Under the pieces are notes generated by a model. It did no database searches, was not told the DNA's origin, and worked only from the letters and a program-made list of their open reading frames with translations. Positions 52,607 to 64,000 of a DNA stretch of 64,000 bases are shown here, piece after piece (position 1 is the stretch's first letter; the number at the start of each line of letters is the position of its first letter). The DNA comes from Octopus vulgaris. Its lineage: Eukaryota. Both the position numbers and the translations under genes were made by a program. The DNA lies in NCBI GenBank assembly GCA_951406725.2, contig OX597824.1, positions 36,890,001 through 36,954,000 on the forward strand. The letters run 5' to 3'.

Positions 52607-53414
52607 GTAAAAATGTATATCTATAGATACATATATAAAAAGATATATTTTATACACATAACTATAAACATTAATGTGTGTGTGTGTGTGTGTGCAGGTG
52701 TGTGTGCGTGTGTGTGTGTGTGTGTGTATGTGTGTGTGTGTGTGCATGTCACAGTGACCCAGCTGTTCAGTAGAAAGCTATCAACAACATGCTTTGTGTA
52801 TTGCAAGGCAGGCAGAAGCAATATAGAAAGTCGCACCAGTTCTAGTTCGTCACACACGAAATGATTTAGTGACAGTGAATAAAGGCGAGAAGACAGCTTG
52901 ATGAGGCTGAAAGAATGGCAGAATGATTGATGAAGGAATGATTCCAAGAAACAACTCTGATGAGGCAAAGAGCTAGGCATCAGTATCAGTGTCAAAGAAA
53001 CTTGTGTTAGAACCAACTGGGACAGCCCTTCAGTTTGGCACTTCCCCATCCAGCCCCCAAGTGCCCCCAAACCTGTATAGGCTTCAATACCAAACCCTAA
53101 AGTGCCACTACTATAAAAGCACTGCCTGAGATGCACTGGTCCTCACCCTTTAGCTACACTACTGTGCAATGCCTTTGAATGGTTAGATGAGAAAATTGGC
53201 CAAAAACTTTGAAGGAAACTAGGAGAAGCAGACAAGATATCAGTGAATCTTTAACCTTTCAGTATTTAAATTGGCCATGCCCGGTCCAAATATTCTGCCT
53301 GTTCTACATTCAAACAAGCCAGATCAAGCCTCTCACACATTACCCTGAAAAGTCATTATAAAAATAAACAATCGTGTAATCAGAATCTTTAAATGACAAT
53401 ATGTTTTAATGAGA

Positions 53415-53769
53415 TTAACCCTTTAGTGTTTAAACCGGCCATATCAAGCCAAAATTGCCTTCCTGTTTCATGCTCAAACCAGCCAGCTCTGACCTCTCAC
53501 ACCTACCCTACAAAGTCATTCTAAAAATAAACAGGGACATCATCACCCACTACACTCACGGAGTGGTTGGCATTAGGAAGGGCATCCAGCCATAGAAACA
53601 CTGCCAGATCTGACTGGGCCTGATGAAGCCTTCCAGCTTCACAGACCCCAGTTGAACCGTCCAACCCATGCTAGCATGGAAAACGGACGCTAAATGATGA
53701 TGATAATGATGATGATGTAATTAGACAGGCTTTACATTTGACAGAGTAATCTGAATGCTAAAGAGTTAA
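53415..53769. mobile_element. MITE family B interrupted by an RTE 3' tail (53544-53716); partial MITE B just upstream (53251-53395)
   Basis: TTAA ends; the insert ends in (GAT)n. Confidence 0.8.
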
Positions 53770-53882
53770 AATGGAGAGGGAAGAAAATGAATTAAGAATT
53801 TGGTATTAGATCAATCGTTTCCATGTATAATCTGTGATAGAAATCTCCAAGACTGAAAGTTATAAAGAATACAATGAATATA

Positions 53883-54272
53883 GGCACCTTGGGTAAAGTG
53901 TCTTCTACTATAGCTCCAGGCCAACCAAAGCCTTGTGAGTGGATTTGTTAGACGGAAACTGAAAGAAGCCCCATCATGTGTGTGTGTGTGTGTATTGTGT
54001 ATTGCATGTTGTGTGTGTGTGTGTGTGTGTGTGTGCATGTATGTGTATGTGTGTGACTGTGTATCTGTGTTTGTCCCACCACCACTGCTTGTCAACCAGT
54101 GTTGGTTTGTTTACATCCCCATAACTTAGCTGTTTGGCAAAGGAGACCAATAGAGTAAGAACCAGGCTTTAAAAAATAAGTCTTGGGGCCAATTCAGTCA
54201 ACTAAGAATTCTTTAGGGTAGTGCCCCAGCATGGCCACAATCTAATGACTGAAACAAATAAAAAATAAAAGA
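53883..54272 (+). mobile_element. SINE family 1, 5'-truncated
   Basis: Matches the family pattern from ggcaccttggg onward. Confidence 0.8.
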
Positions 54273-55799
54273 AAAGCTATCCCAAGATTATCAAAACCTG
54301 AATGGCAGCAGTGGTCTGCATCAGTCTTTAAATGATGGGAAAGGGTTGCATGAATGTATGTGCCAAAACAGGCAAAAAACAAAAAAAAATCTCTTTTTTG
54401 TAAGGGTCATTTCTATACTTATTTTCCCTGTAAATATGTACAAAAACTAATAATTATTAGTCTCTCCCACAATAAAATCTACAATCTCATTATTGAAAAG
54501 TGCCATAAAATATTCACTTTCCTTTGATGATGATCCACATTCACATGAAATTTTTGAAACATCAATTGATGATGCCTGCTTTTAAAGTATTAAAAGGAGT
54601 CAATTGAAATGTACCCCTCTGTGACCTACACTTACTTCCTCTTCCATCTTCCCCTCCAACTGATACACACAATTGACCACGCCCCCTCACCTGTGTTCAC
54701 CTCTATCTATCTGACACACCCCTTCACACTCCCATGAACTTATTTACCTGTCCACTCACCCTATCCATTCCTCTTTTGTTCACTTTTGTGTAACTTGAGG
54801 GAACACCATGACACATCTTCATCCACCACCTCCAGCTGCGGTAATCATGTATCTCCTTCTCCTACAGCAAGACACATGTACCTGTCCCTCTGTCATACTT
54901 TAGCCTTTTGTCACCTGGTATAAAGCCACCTTACTCAATACTGCACTCCATCAGTTGAGGGTGACTTATCTTGTGAGTTAATTGGTGACCTCATTAGTGC
55001 TGGTGGTGTGATGTGTCTCAAAAAATGCACCCAATACACTCTGTAAAGCCAACAGAAATTTGTGCAACCCAACAACCCACCAAACCTCAACTCGCTAGCA
55101 CTTGTCAAACTGTCCAACCCATTCCAGCATGGAAAATGTATGTTAAATGATGATGATGATGATGATGATATGACACATGTCATTATGTGTGTGTGTGTGT
55201 GTACATGTGTGTGTACGTGTGTGTGTGTGTGTGTGGAAAAGTTATTTTACTAAATAGTTCTAAATTTTTAATTATTTTCTAAATTAAAGGATTTCAATAA
55301 TAGATATGACTCAAAATGGGTAAAATTCGTTTAAGTTACATATTTGTGCACTGACTAGAAACACAGGACAAAAGTTATTAAAGGGAAAGTTAAAAGATCC
55401 CTTAACCCTTTGGCATTTAAAGCAGCCACATCTGGCCAAAATATTCTACTTGTTTTGTGTTCAAATTAGCCAAATTCAGCCACTCACACCTGCCCTAAAA
55501 TGTCACCTTAAAATATACAATCGCATCATCAAAATCTCAAAGCTACAAGGTATCTGATTAATTCCAAACAAGGTGAAAAAATAGCATTCCAGTTGACTGA
55601 GTAATCTGATTGCTAAAGGGTTGAAGCAATGGTTCTCAACGGGGGCCCATATGGTCCTTGAAGATTTGTGGAAGACCTTTTGCTGTTAAAATTTATTCAA
55701 AATATATTGGTTATACATCTACAATTCATGAAATATTTTAACAATTTTTTTAATACAATTCCTAATAACATTTAATTATAAAATTATAATAGGATTTTT

Positions 55800-56605
55800 T
55801 GTGGCTGTGGGATAAGAAGCTTGCTTCCCAATCATATAGTTTGGGGTTCGTGGAGGCGCAATGGCCCAGTGGTTAGGGCAGCGGACTCGCGGTCGTAGGA
55901 TCGCGGTTTCAATTCCCAGACCAGGCATTGTGAGTGTTTATTGAGCGAAAACACCTAAAGCTTCACAAGGCTCCTGCAGGGGGTGGTGGTGAACCCTGCT
56001 GTACTCTTTCACCACAACTTTCTCTCACTCTTTCTTCCTGTTTCTGTTGTACCTGTATTTCAAAGGGCCAGCCTTGTCACACTCTGTGTCACGCTGAATC
56101 TCTTTGAGAACTACGTTAAGGGTACACGTGTCTGTGGAATGCTCAGCCACTTGCACGTTAATTCCACGAGCAAGCTGTTCCGTTGATCGTATCAGCTGGG
56201 ACCCTCATCGTCGTAACCGACGGAGTGCTCCTATAAGTTTGGGGTTCAGTCCCATTGTGTAGCACCTTGGGCAAGTGTCCTCTGCCATAGCCATGAGCTA
56301 ATCAAAGCCCTGTGAGTGGATCTGATAGATGGAAACTGAAAGAAGCCCATCGCATATATGTAGATATACACCTATGCATGTGTCTTTGTGTCTGTTTGCC
56401 AATCATGACTACACCAACTGACAACTAGTGCTAGTGTGTTTATGTCCCTGTAACTTAGCAGTTTGACAAAAGAGACTGATAGAGTAAGTACCAGGTTTTA
56501 AAAAATAAATACTAGGGTCGATACATGTGACTAAAAATTCTTCAAGGCGATGCCCCAGCATGGCCACGGTCTAATGACTGGAGCAAGTAAAAGATAAAAG
56601 GTAAA
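55800..56605 (+). mobile_element. SINE family 1 interrupted by a tRNA-headed SINE (55850-56235) with a 12-bp TSD
   Basis: agtttggggttc duplicated at 55838-55849 and 56236-56247. Confidence 0.88.
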
Positions 56606-57016
56606 AAGTTGAATGGTCATGAGGGTCCAACAGAGTAAAAAAAGGACTCACAAGGGCCAGGTTCCCTGTTTCCATGGCATATTTCCTCACCTGGACAGGA
56701 CGCCAGTCCATTGCAGGATTACTCATTTTTGCCACCTGAATTGACTGAAACAATGTGAAATGAAGTGTTTTGCTCAAGAACACAATGTGTCACCCAGTCC
56801 AGGAATTGAAATCACAATCTTACAGTCATGAGTCCAACACCCTAACCACTAAGCCATGCACCTTTACAAAGGACGGGGGATCACTCGACTCATCAGTTGA
56901 TGAAAAGCACGGATATCTGTGTGAACTTATGCAAATTTCAGGACTCAGTAAACGTCGACACCTCAAACACACAAAAAAAAGGTCCATTGACAAACAAATG
57001 GTTGAGAAACACTGCC

Positions 57017-57247
57017 TTAACTCTTTTATTAACCATATTTATTTTGAGATGCTCTGTGTTTCTTTCAATTAATTTTAAATATAACAAAGAATTTAGTAAA
57101 ATAATGTAGTTATCATTAAGCTAGTGTTAGGAACATAAATTGCAACTAAGGTTTAGTGGAAGATTTTAACTAAAAACTTATGAAAACAAGACATTTGTAC
57201 TACAGAGCCAGAAGCGGTATCAGGCAGGTTGGTAGCGAAAGGGTTAA
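57017..57247. mobile_element. piggyBac-type MITE family A
   Basis: TTAA ends; same body as 10954-11181. Confidence 0.82.
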
Positions 57248-57276
57248 AGGATATTAGGAATAGAAACAAGTTAACA

Positions 57277-58282
57277 GGCGGCGAGCTGGCAGAAATGTTA
57301 GCATGCCGGGCAATATGCTTAGTGATATTTCGTCTGCCGTTACGTACTGAGTTCAAATTCTGCCACGGTCAACTTTGCCTTTCATCCTTTCAAGGTCGAT
57401 AAATTAAGTACCAGTTACGTACTGGGATCAATGCAGTCGACTTAATCCCTTTGTCTGTCCTTGTTTGTCCCCTCTATGTTTAGCCCCTAGTGAGCAATAA
57501 AGAAATAAGAAATGTTAGCATGCCGAGTGAAATGCTTAGCGGTATTTCATCTGCCGTTCTGTTCTGAGTTCAAATTCCACCGAGGTCGACTTTGCCTTTC
57601 ATCCTTTCGGGGTCAATAAATTAAGTACCAATTACACACTGGGGTCAATATAATCAACTTAATCCGTTTGTCTGTCCTTGTTTGTCCTCTCTGTGTTTAG
57701 CCTCTTGTGGGTAGTAAAGAAATAGGTATTTCACCTGCCATTACATTCTGAGTTTAAATTCCGTCAAGGTCGACTTTGCCTTTCATCCTTTTGGGGGGGG
57801 GTCGATAAATTAAGTACCAGTTACGCACTGGGGTCGATGCAATCGACTTAACCCGTTTGTCTGTCCTTGTTTGTCCTCTCTGTGTTTAGCCTCTTGTGGG
57901 TAGTAAAGAAATAGCTATTTCACCTGCCATTACATTCTGAGTTCAAATTCCGTCAAGGTCGACTTTGCCTTTCATCCTTTCGGGGTCGATAAATTAAGTA
58001 CCAGTTACGCACTGGGGTCGATGCAATCGACTTAACCCGTTTGTCTGTCCTTGTTTGTCCTCTCTGTGTTTAGCCTCTTGTGGGTAGTAAAGAAATAGCT
58101 ATTTCATCTGCCATTACATTCTGAGTTCAAATTCCGTCAAGGTCGACTTTGCCTTTCATCCTTTTGGGGTCGATAGATTAAGTACCAGTTACGCACTGGG
58201 GTCGATGCAATCGACTTAATCCGTTTGTCTGTCCTTGTTTGTCCCCTCTATGTTTATCCCCTTGCGGGGCAATAAAGAAATA
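57277..58282 (+). mobile_element. Head-to-tail array of five SINE family 2 units within one TSD
   Basis: Units start at about 57277, 57508, 57725, 57914 and 58098; agaaacaagttaaca duplicated at 57262-57276 and 58283-58297. Confidence 0.9.
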
Positions 58283-59744
58283 AGAAACAAGTTAACAGGT
58301 GATGTTAAGTAATCCCAAAGTGGAAGACATCATAAAAGAAAACACTGACTGACATATCACTGTGTTCTGTGGCTGTTTAAAATCACCAAACAAACTCTCT
58401 GTCGTTCATAATTACAAGCATTCCTCCTTATCACCGCTACTACTACCATTCTCTCTCTCTATCTCTCTTCTCCCTGTTTTTCTTGGAAATTATATCAGTA
58501 GTTAGATTTCCTGAACACAACCACCCACTCACCCACCCTCCGTGCCTGCTACCCTTCACCTCTGCCTACAGAACACAGCAACCTTATCACTGCCCTACAT
58601 ATGGCAACAGGCTCTCTACTGATATTTAATTACAAAGCCAGCTGAGATGAACTTCCTTTGGATGAGCTTGAGCTGGCATTACATATCACAAAGGTTTATA
58701 GTTACACTGGAAAAACATAGCCAAGAAGTGTGTTGAGAAATAATGTTAAGAGTTTTACAACTTCCTTTTGTTTATAACCAGATATGAGATTAAGTTTTAA
58801 TTACTACAATGTACGATTAGTATTAGTCACAAATGATACGATCTACAGGGTAGAGATAGAGGGAGGAGGGTGGTGGAGGTGGGGAACAGGGAGCTAGCTA
58901 GAGAAATCTAATCAGGAAACAATTAAGAAATCCTGACAAAGTGGAATTATTAATTATTCTTGCTTCCAGTATCAAAATAGTGTCAGGTTAGCAAACTTTG
59001 ATAACTTTTTGTTTCACTATTGAATTGTGTCAACAATGACTGGTAATGGCTTTAAATATCAGTTGTTGAGCAACAATGCTTTGTGTTTGATCTTGCATCA
59101 TTTAAAGTGTTAAAATGGAGATGGAGATACATAAAGTCAGTCCAGAGATTAGAATATAAGTGTGTGTGTGTTTGTGTGTGTACTTACAACAAAATCATTG
59201 AGTCTAATCCCAGAAAATTTATATATATATAAAATATGAATTAGAGATAAAATCTATATTATATTATATTTATCGTTCTTTTTATACTTTTTGGATAAAA
59301 AAAAATCATTTATATATATATATATTATATATTATAGTAATTATATTTATATTATTTGTTATTTATGTATTGGTTTATGTCTATCACTGTTTGAGTTGCC
59401 TAATAGTGGTTTTATCTCAAATTCATATTTTATATATTTATACTGTGAAATTTGATTTACTACTAAATCTAATTTTTCCTTGTAAGTTTGGAGCCATACT
59501 CCCTAATATTATTATTAGTAAGCACATAAATGTGCTTCCACCTCTAATATAGAGATTCAACATATTTAACCAATTTCTCATTATACATGTATTGGGAATA
59601 AGGTACATGAAAATAACTGCACTGATTGGACAACAATTCATGAAAGATGTAAAATTTTAATTAAAATTAATTATCATTTTACTGTTTCAGCTGGTTTAGC
59701 AAAGCTTAAAACCTACTCCATAATTTGCAGGAACACTTGACTTG

Positions 59745-60014
59745 ATTCTGTTGTGTCTGGGGAGAGTCATTCTTTTTTAGTGCCTTATTATTTAACACAT
59801 TCACAGGTAAAATTACCACTTATTTCTTATTTTTATTTTCTAAAATTTTCGTTGCGTCTTGCAACCTTTTCAATAGTCAAGACTATTGAAAAGGTTGCAA
59901 GACGCAACGAAAATTTTAGAAAATAAAAATAAGAAATAAGTGGAAATTTTACCGGTGAGTGTGTTAAATAATAAGGCACTAAAAGAGAATGACTCTCCCC
60001 AGACACAACAGAAT
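59745..60014. repeat. Near-perfect 270-bp palindrome (134-bp arms, 2-nt spacer)
   Basis: attctgttgtgtctggggagagtc...caatagtc-aa-gactattg...gactctccccagacacaacagaat; only a handful of mismatches. Confidence 0.95.
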
Positions 60015-61070
60015 ATGCTTCAACACACGAACTCATATAAAGAATCTTGCAAAACAAATCCAAAAACGAAATATTGACTTGATTCATTAGAGGAAATTTC
60101 TTTTAAACCAAAGTGCTGTGGTGCTCTCAAAGTATGGCATTCAAACTTAGATGGCAGATAAGTAAAACTGAATACTGCAATGTACTTATTTTGGCAATTT
60201 GCCATTTCTATCAAATCTGCCAAATCTCTGTTCTTTCTTTGTTAATAAATTGATGAAAAGAAGACTTCACCTAAGATGATACGCTCCACTTGTCATATAA
60301 AGGTTACACATGAAAACAGAAACAAATTAGGCCTTTATAAATAATATAAGCTAGAATCTAGAAACAAATGGTGCTTTATAAATAAATGATGTCATTAATT
60401 TGTGCTCAGTTAATGAATATTAAATTTACTGGTTTTTTTGTTGTTTTGTTTTTTTGTTCCAAGTTTAATTTCTTTAAATAACCTTTTGATGGTTGATGAT
60501 TAGATAATTAAAAACAACAAAAATACGAGGGGAAGAATGAAGAAAACAGCACTGTGTTGTTCATTTTAGATTATTTAGTCTGAAGAATAACACTATTAAT
60601 TCCAAAAATTAATTAGTTACTGGATCAGAATATGAAATTGTTAAGTACAGTGAAGAGACAGAAGTCAAAAACAAAGCTCAGACTTTTAAAAATGTTCTTA
60701 TAAAGTGCACTTGAACCGGTCATTACTAACTAAGTAGAAGGCTTAGGATGAAGAAGTATTTTTCGTGTCAAACCTACTCCAAGACAGGAATTTCTTAGTG
60801 AAAATGAAGAAAACTTCAAGAGTTTTACATTCTGACACTTGCAAAGTAGTTAACATTTAGCTGGCTTATTAAGTCATGTAAAATATCTAGTGCGCATGCA
60901 CACACACACACACACAAAACATACACACACATATGCACATATATGTGTGTGTATGCACTCTTAATCATCAATAAAGTATGAAGTACACATACATACAAAC
61001 TTGAAAAGATTACATCAGTATACATAAATATACATATCATACTAGAATCAAAATTATTTATGTATATATA

Positions 61071-61459
61071 GGCATAGGAGTGGCTGTGTGGTAAGTAGCT
61101 TGCTTACGAACCACATGGTTCCGGGTTTAGTCCCACCGCGTGGCACCTTGGGCAAGTGTCTTCTATTATAGACTCGGGCAGACCAAAGCCTTGTGAGTGG
61201 ATTTGGTAGACGGAAACTGAAAGAAGCCCGTCATATATATGCGTGTGTGTATATGTTTCTGTGTCTGTGTTTGTCCCCCTTGACAACACTTGACAACCGA
61301 TGCTGGTGTGGTTATGTCCCTGTAACTTAGCGGTTTGGCAAAAGTGACCGATAGAATAAGTACTAGGCTTACAAAGAAAAAGTCCTGGGGTGAATTTGCT
61401 AGACTAACGGCGGTGCTCCAGCATGGCCACAGTCAAATGACTGAAACAAGTAAAAGAGT
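61071..61459 (+). mobile_element. SINE family 1, full-length reference copy
   Basis: tRNA-like head (tggctgtgtggtaag...gggtttagtccc), central microsatellite, tail ...gactgaaacaagtaaaagag. Confidence 0.9.
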
Positions 61460-61479
61460 ATATGCATGCATATATCACA

Positions 61480-61605
61480 TTTAATACACACTATTACAAG
61501 AGTGCTACTAATAATTTCATGCTTTAAGATTGCTTTGATATAAATCTGCCAATCTCATGTACTCTAAAGCATGAAACTAGCTCTTTTGTAATAATGTATA
61601 TTAAA
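61480..61605. repeat. Imperfect fold-back with ~45-bp arms
   Basis: ttaatacacactattacaagagtgcta..tttcatgcttta versus taaagcatgaaactagctcttttgtaataatgtatattaa. Confidence 0.6.
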
Positions 61606-61669
61606 TAATATTCATCTCTCCCTGGATAGACTACTTTTTTTACTGATCCTACCGATAACAGAACAGTAA

Positions 61670-61799
<130 letters not shown>

Positions 61800-61822
61800 T
61801 CAGATATTTATATGTATAATCT

Positions 61823-62044
61823 TTTTATTCTTTTACTTGTTGCAGTCATTTGATTGCGGCCATGCTGGAGCACTGCCTTGAAGGGTTTAGTTGAACAAAT
61901 CAGCACTAGATCTTCTTTTTCTTAAACTTGGTACTTATTCTATCAATTTCGTTTGCTGAGCCTCTAAGTTAAGCAAATATAAAGACACACACACACACAC
62001 ATATAGATATGCGCATGCACACACACACATATAGATATGCGCAT

Positions 62045-62076
<32 letters not shown>

Positions 62077-62200
62077 CACACAGTTTCCTTCTACCAAATC
62101 CATTCACAAGGATTTGGGTGGCCTGAGGTTATAGTAGAAGACACTTGCCCAAGGTGTCACACAGTGGGACTGAACCTGGAACCATGTGGGTGGGAAACAA
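61823..62200 (-). mobile_element. SINE family 1 (diverged)
   Basis: Matches the family pattern. Confidence 0.75.
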
Positions 62201-62262
62201 ACATTTAGATTTGCACCCATGATATATAATTATATTAAAATTCAATGATATATGTTTATATG

Positions 62263-62570
62263 GGAGACCCCCTTCGGTCATGAATGCCCATGGGATTGAA
62301 CACAGAAAGTTACCCTCTGAGGTACAAGTCCAGGCATGGTTGTTTATGGAAGGCCAGCAGTCGCCCATGCATACCAGCCTCCCCTCTCCACACCACTGAT
62401 GTTATCCAAGGGAAAGGCAAAGGCCGATACAGCTTGGCACCAGTGATGTCGCAACTCATTTTTACAGATGAGTTAACTGGAGCAACGTGAAATAAAGTAA
62501 GTATCTTGCTCAAGAACACAACACGCAGCCCGATCCATGAATTGAACTCAATGCTCTAACCACTGAGCCA
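62263..62570 (-). mobile_element. tRNA-headed SINE with the family 3 core and another tail type
   Basis: gtgttcttgagcaagatact..tttcacgttgctccag core joined to a tail not seen elsewhere in the window, ending gaccgaagggggtctcc. Confidence 0.6.
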
Positions 62571-63185
62571 ACACACATACAAAACTTTTTATAATTTATG
62601 TAGGCCTTGTATATTCAACTAAACATTATGGGAAAAAAAAACAATATATCTGATTGTCCACTTTATAAATACACACACATACACACACACATGCGCGCAC
62701 ACACACACACACACATATACATGTACAAAAATGTACAGAAGCCAAGCCAAAATAGAAAAGGATAGATAGAGGTAATTTCGAATAAAAAAGAGGCTTTATA
62801 TTTGTCAAAGACATCATGACTGGTGCTAATGAGGCCACAAACTACATCCAGGGCAAATTTATTAAGTGGTTTGTCAGAAAAAGGTCGGGTCAGTTAGAAT
62901 GAAAAACAAAAATATAAAAAAAAGTAGTATACAAAAAAATGGACACTGTGTCAAAGGCAACTCAGTTAGTAGTGGGATCAGAGACTGTGAATAAGACCTG
63001 ATGACAAATAGATGGAAACTGGGAGCGGGTCTTACCACAGACCATCTCTTGTTAATGTCATTGACATGATAAATTACAAAGAGCCCATGTTGTAAATTGG
63101 TTGTTGATGAGGAAGATGTCCAGCCATTAAGAAAACAATAACAAAGTTGGTCAGTTTTTACATACATCATGTATGTGTATACCCT

Positions 63186-63393
63186 TACTCTTTTACTTGT
63201 TTCAGTCATTTGACTGTGGCCATGCTGGAGCACCGCCTTTAGTTGAGCATATCGACTCCAGGACTTACTCTTTGGAAGCCTAGTACTTATTCTATCGGTC
63301 TCTTTTGCCAAACCACCAAGTTACAGGGACGTAAACACACCAGCATTGGTTGTCAAGCAATGTTGGTGGGGACAAACACAGACACACAAACAT

Positions 63394-63449
<56 letters not shown>

Positions 63450-63453
63450 TCAC

Positions 63454-63528
<75 letters not shown>

Positions 63529-63530
63529 GT
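63186..63530 (-). mobile_element. SINE family 1, 3' half ending in microsatellite
   Basis: Matches the family tail. Confidence 0.8.
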
Positions 63531-64000
63531 CATGGCCCCAAAAGTTTGGAATGTTTTTTAAAAAAAATTAAAATTGTTATGCCCAAGTACAATTTAGGCA
63601 TTTAATATAAAAATTCTAGTTTTCAGACCTATGTTCTAAACTTTTGTCCTTGACTGAATATTGAGACAACATTGACTTAAACCCATACCCTAGCTTTACA
63701 TGGGTAGTGAATGCGGAACATATATTACTGGCAGACTGAGTAGTTGAAGTAGTCAGAGTATGTGACACAGTAACCAAACATAAATTAATCATAGGCAACA
63801 CTGACTTCTGATTAAGCACTACAGTTAGGACTAAGCAAAAACATCATTTCTATGCGATCTTCTCAGGAAAGACCTCATTTTCACAGTAGTTGACTGTAAA
63901 TTACATGGAGGCTGTGAAGGAATGAAGAGAAAACAATACTCTCAGAGTTATATGTTTGAAGAACTAACCATCTTAAGAAGAATTGGTCGTAGCATGCAAG

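Noticed and set aside
57725-57913. Hammerhead ribozyme in the SINE array unit (classic retrozyme)
   Set aside because: No CUGANGA-stem-GAAA arrangement was found on either strand.

Overview
Eukaryotic, AT-rich and extremely repeat-dense DNA; the SINE, MITE and microsatellite content points to an octopus or other coleoid cephalopod (inference). The only host coding sequence I can support is five minus-strand exons (19682-19744, 15758-15901, 14400-14508, 12494-13068, 9191-9340). They splice in frame with canonical GT-AG junctions into part of an unconventional myosin motor domain: P-loop GESGAGKT, switch [11 protein letters not shown] and switch [10 protein letters not shown]. The best fit is a MyTH4-FERM-type class (VII-like, possibly XXII). 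The rest appears intronic. It holds tRNA-derived SINEs (at least 3 families), RTE-type LINE fragments and 3' tails, R4/Dong-type fragments in (AAT)n, mariner/pogo/hAT remnants, two TTAA-flanked piggyBac-type MITE families, a Helentron-like fragment, minisatellites and microsatellites. Most short ORFs in the supplied track are microsatellite or SINE artefacts. The most interesting signal is a set of unrelated fold-back elements with hammerhead-ribozyme-like cores at or near their apex, in which the 3:8 core pair co-varies (G-C, C-G, U-A), suggesting Penelope-like element remnants. Also notable are a SINE pentamer inside one target-site duplication and a nested microsatellite-targeting set of elements. 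Repeat boundaries were read by eye and may be off by a few bases.
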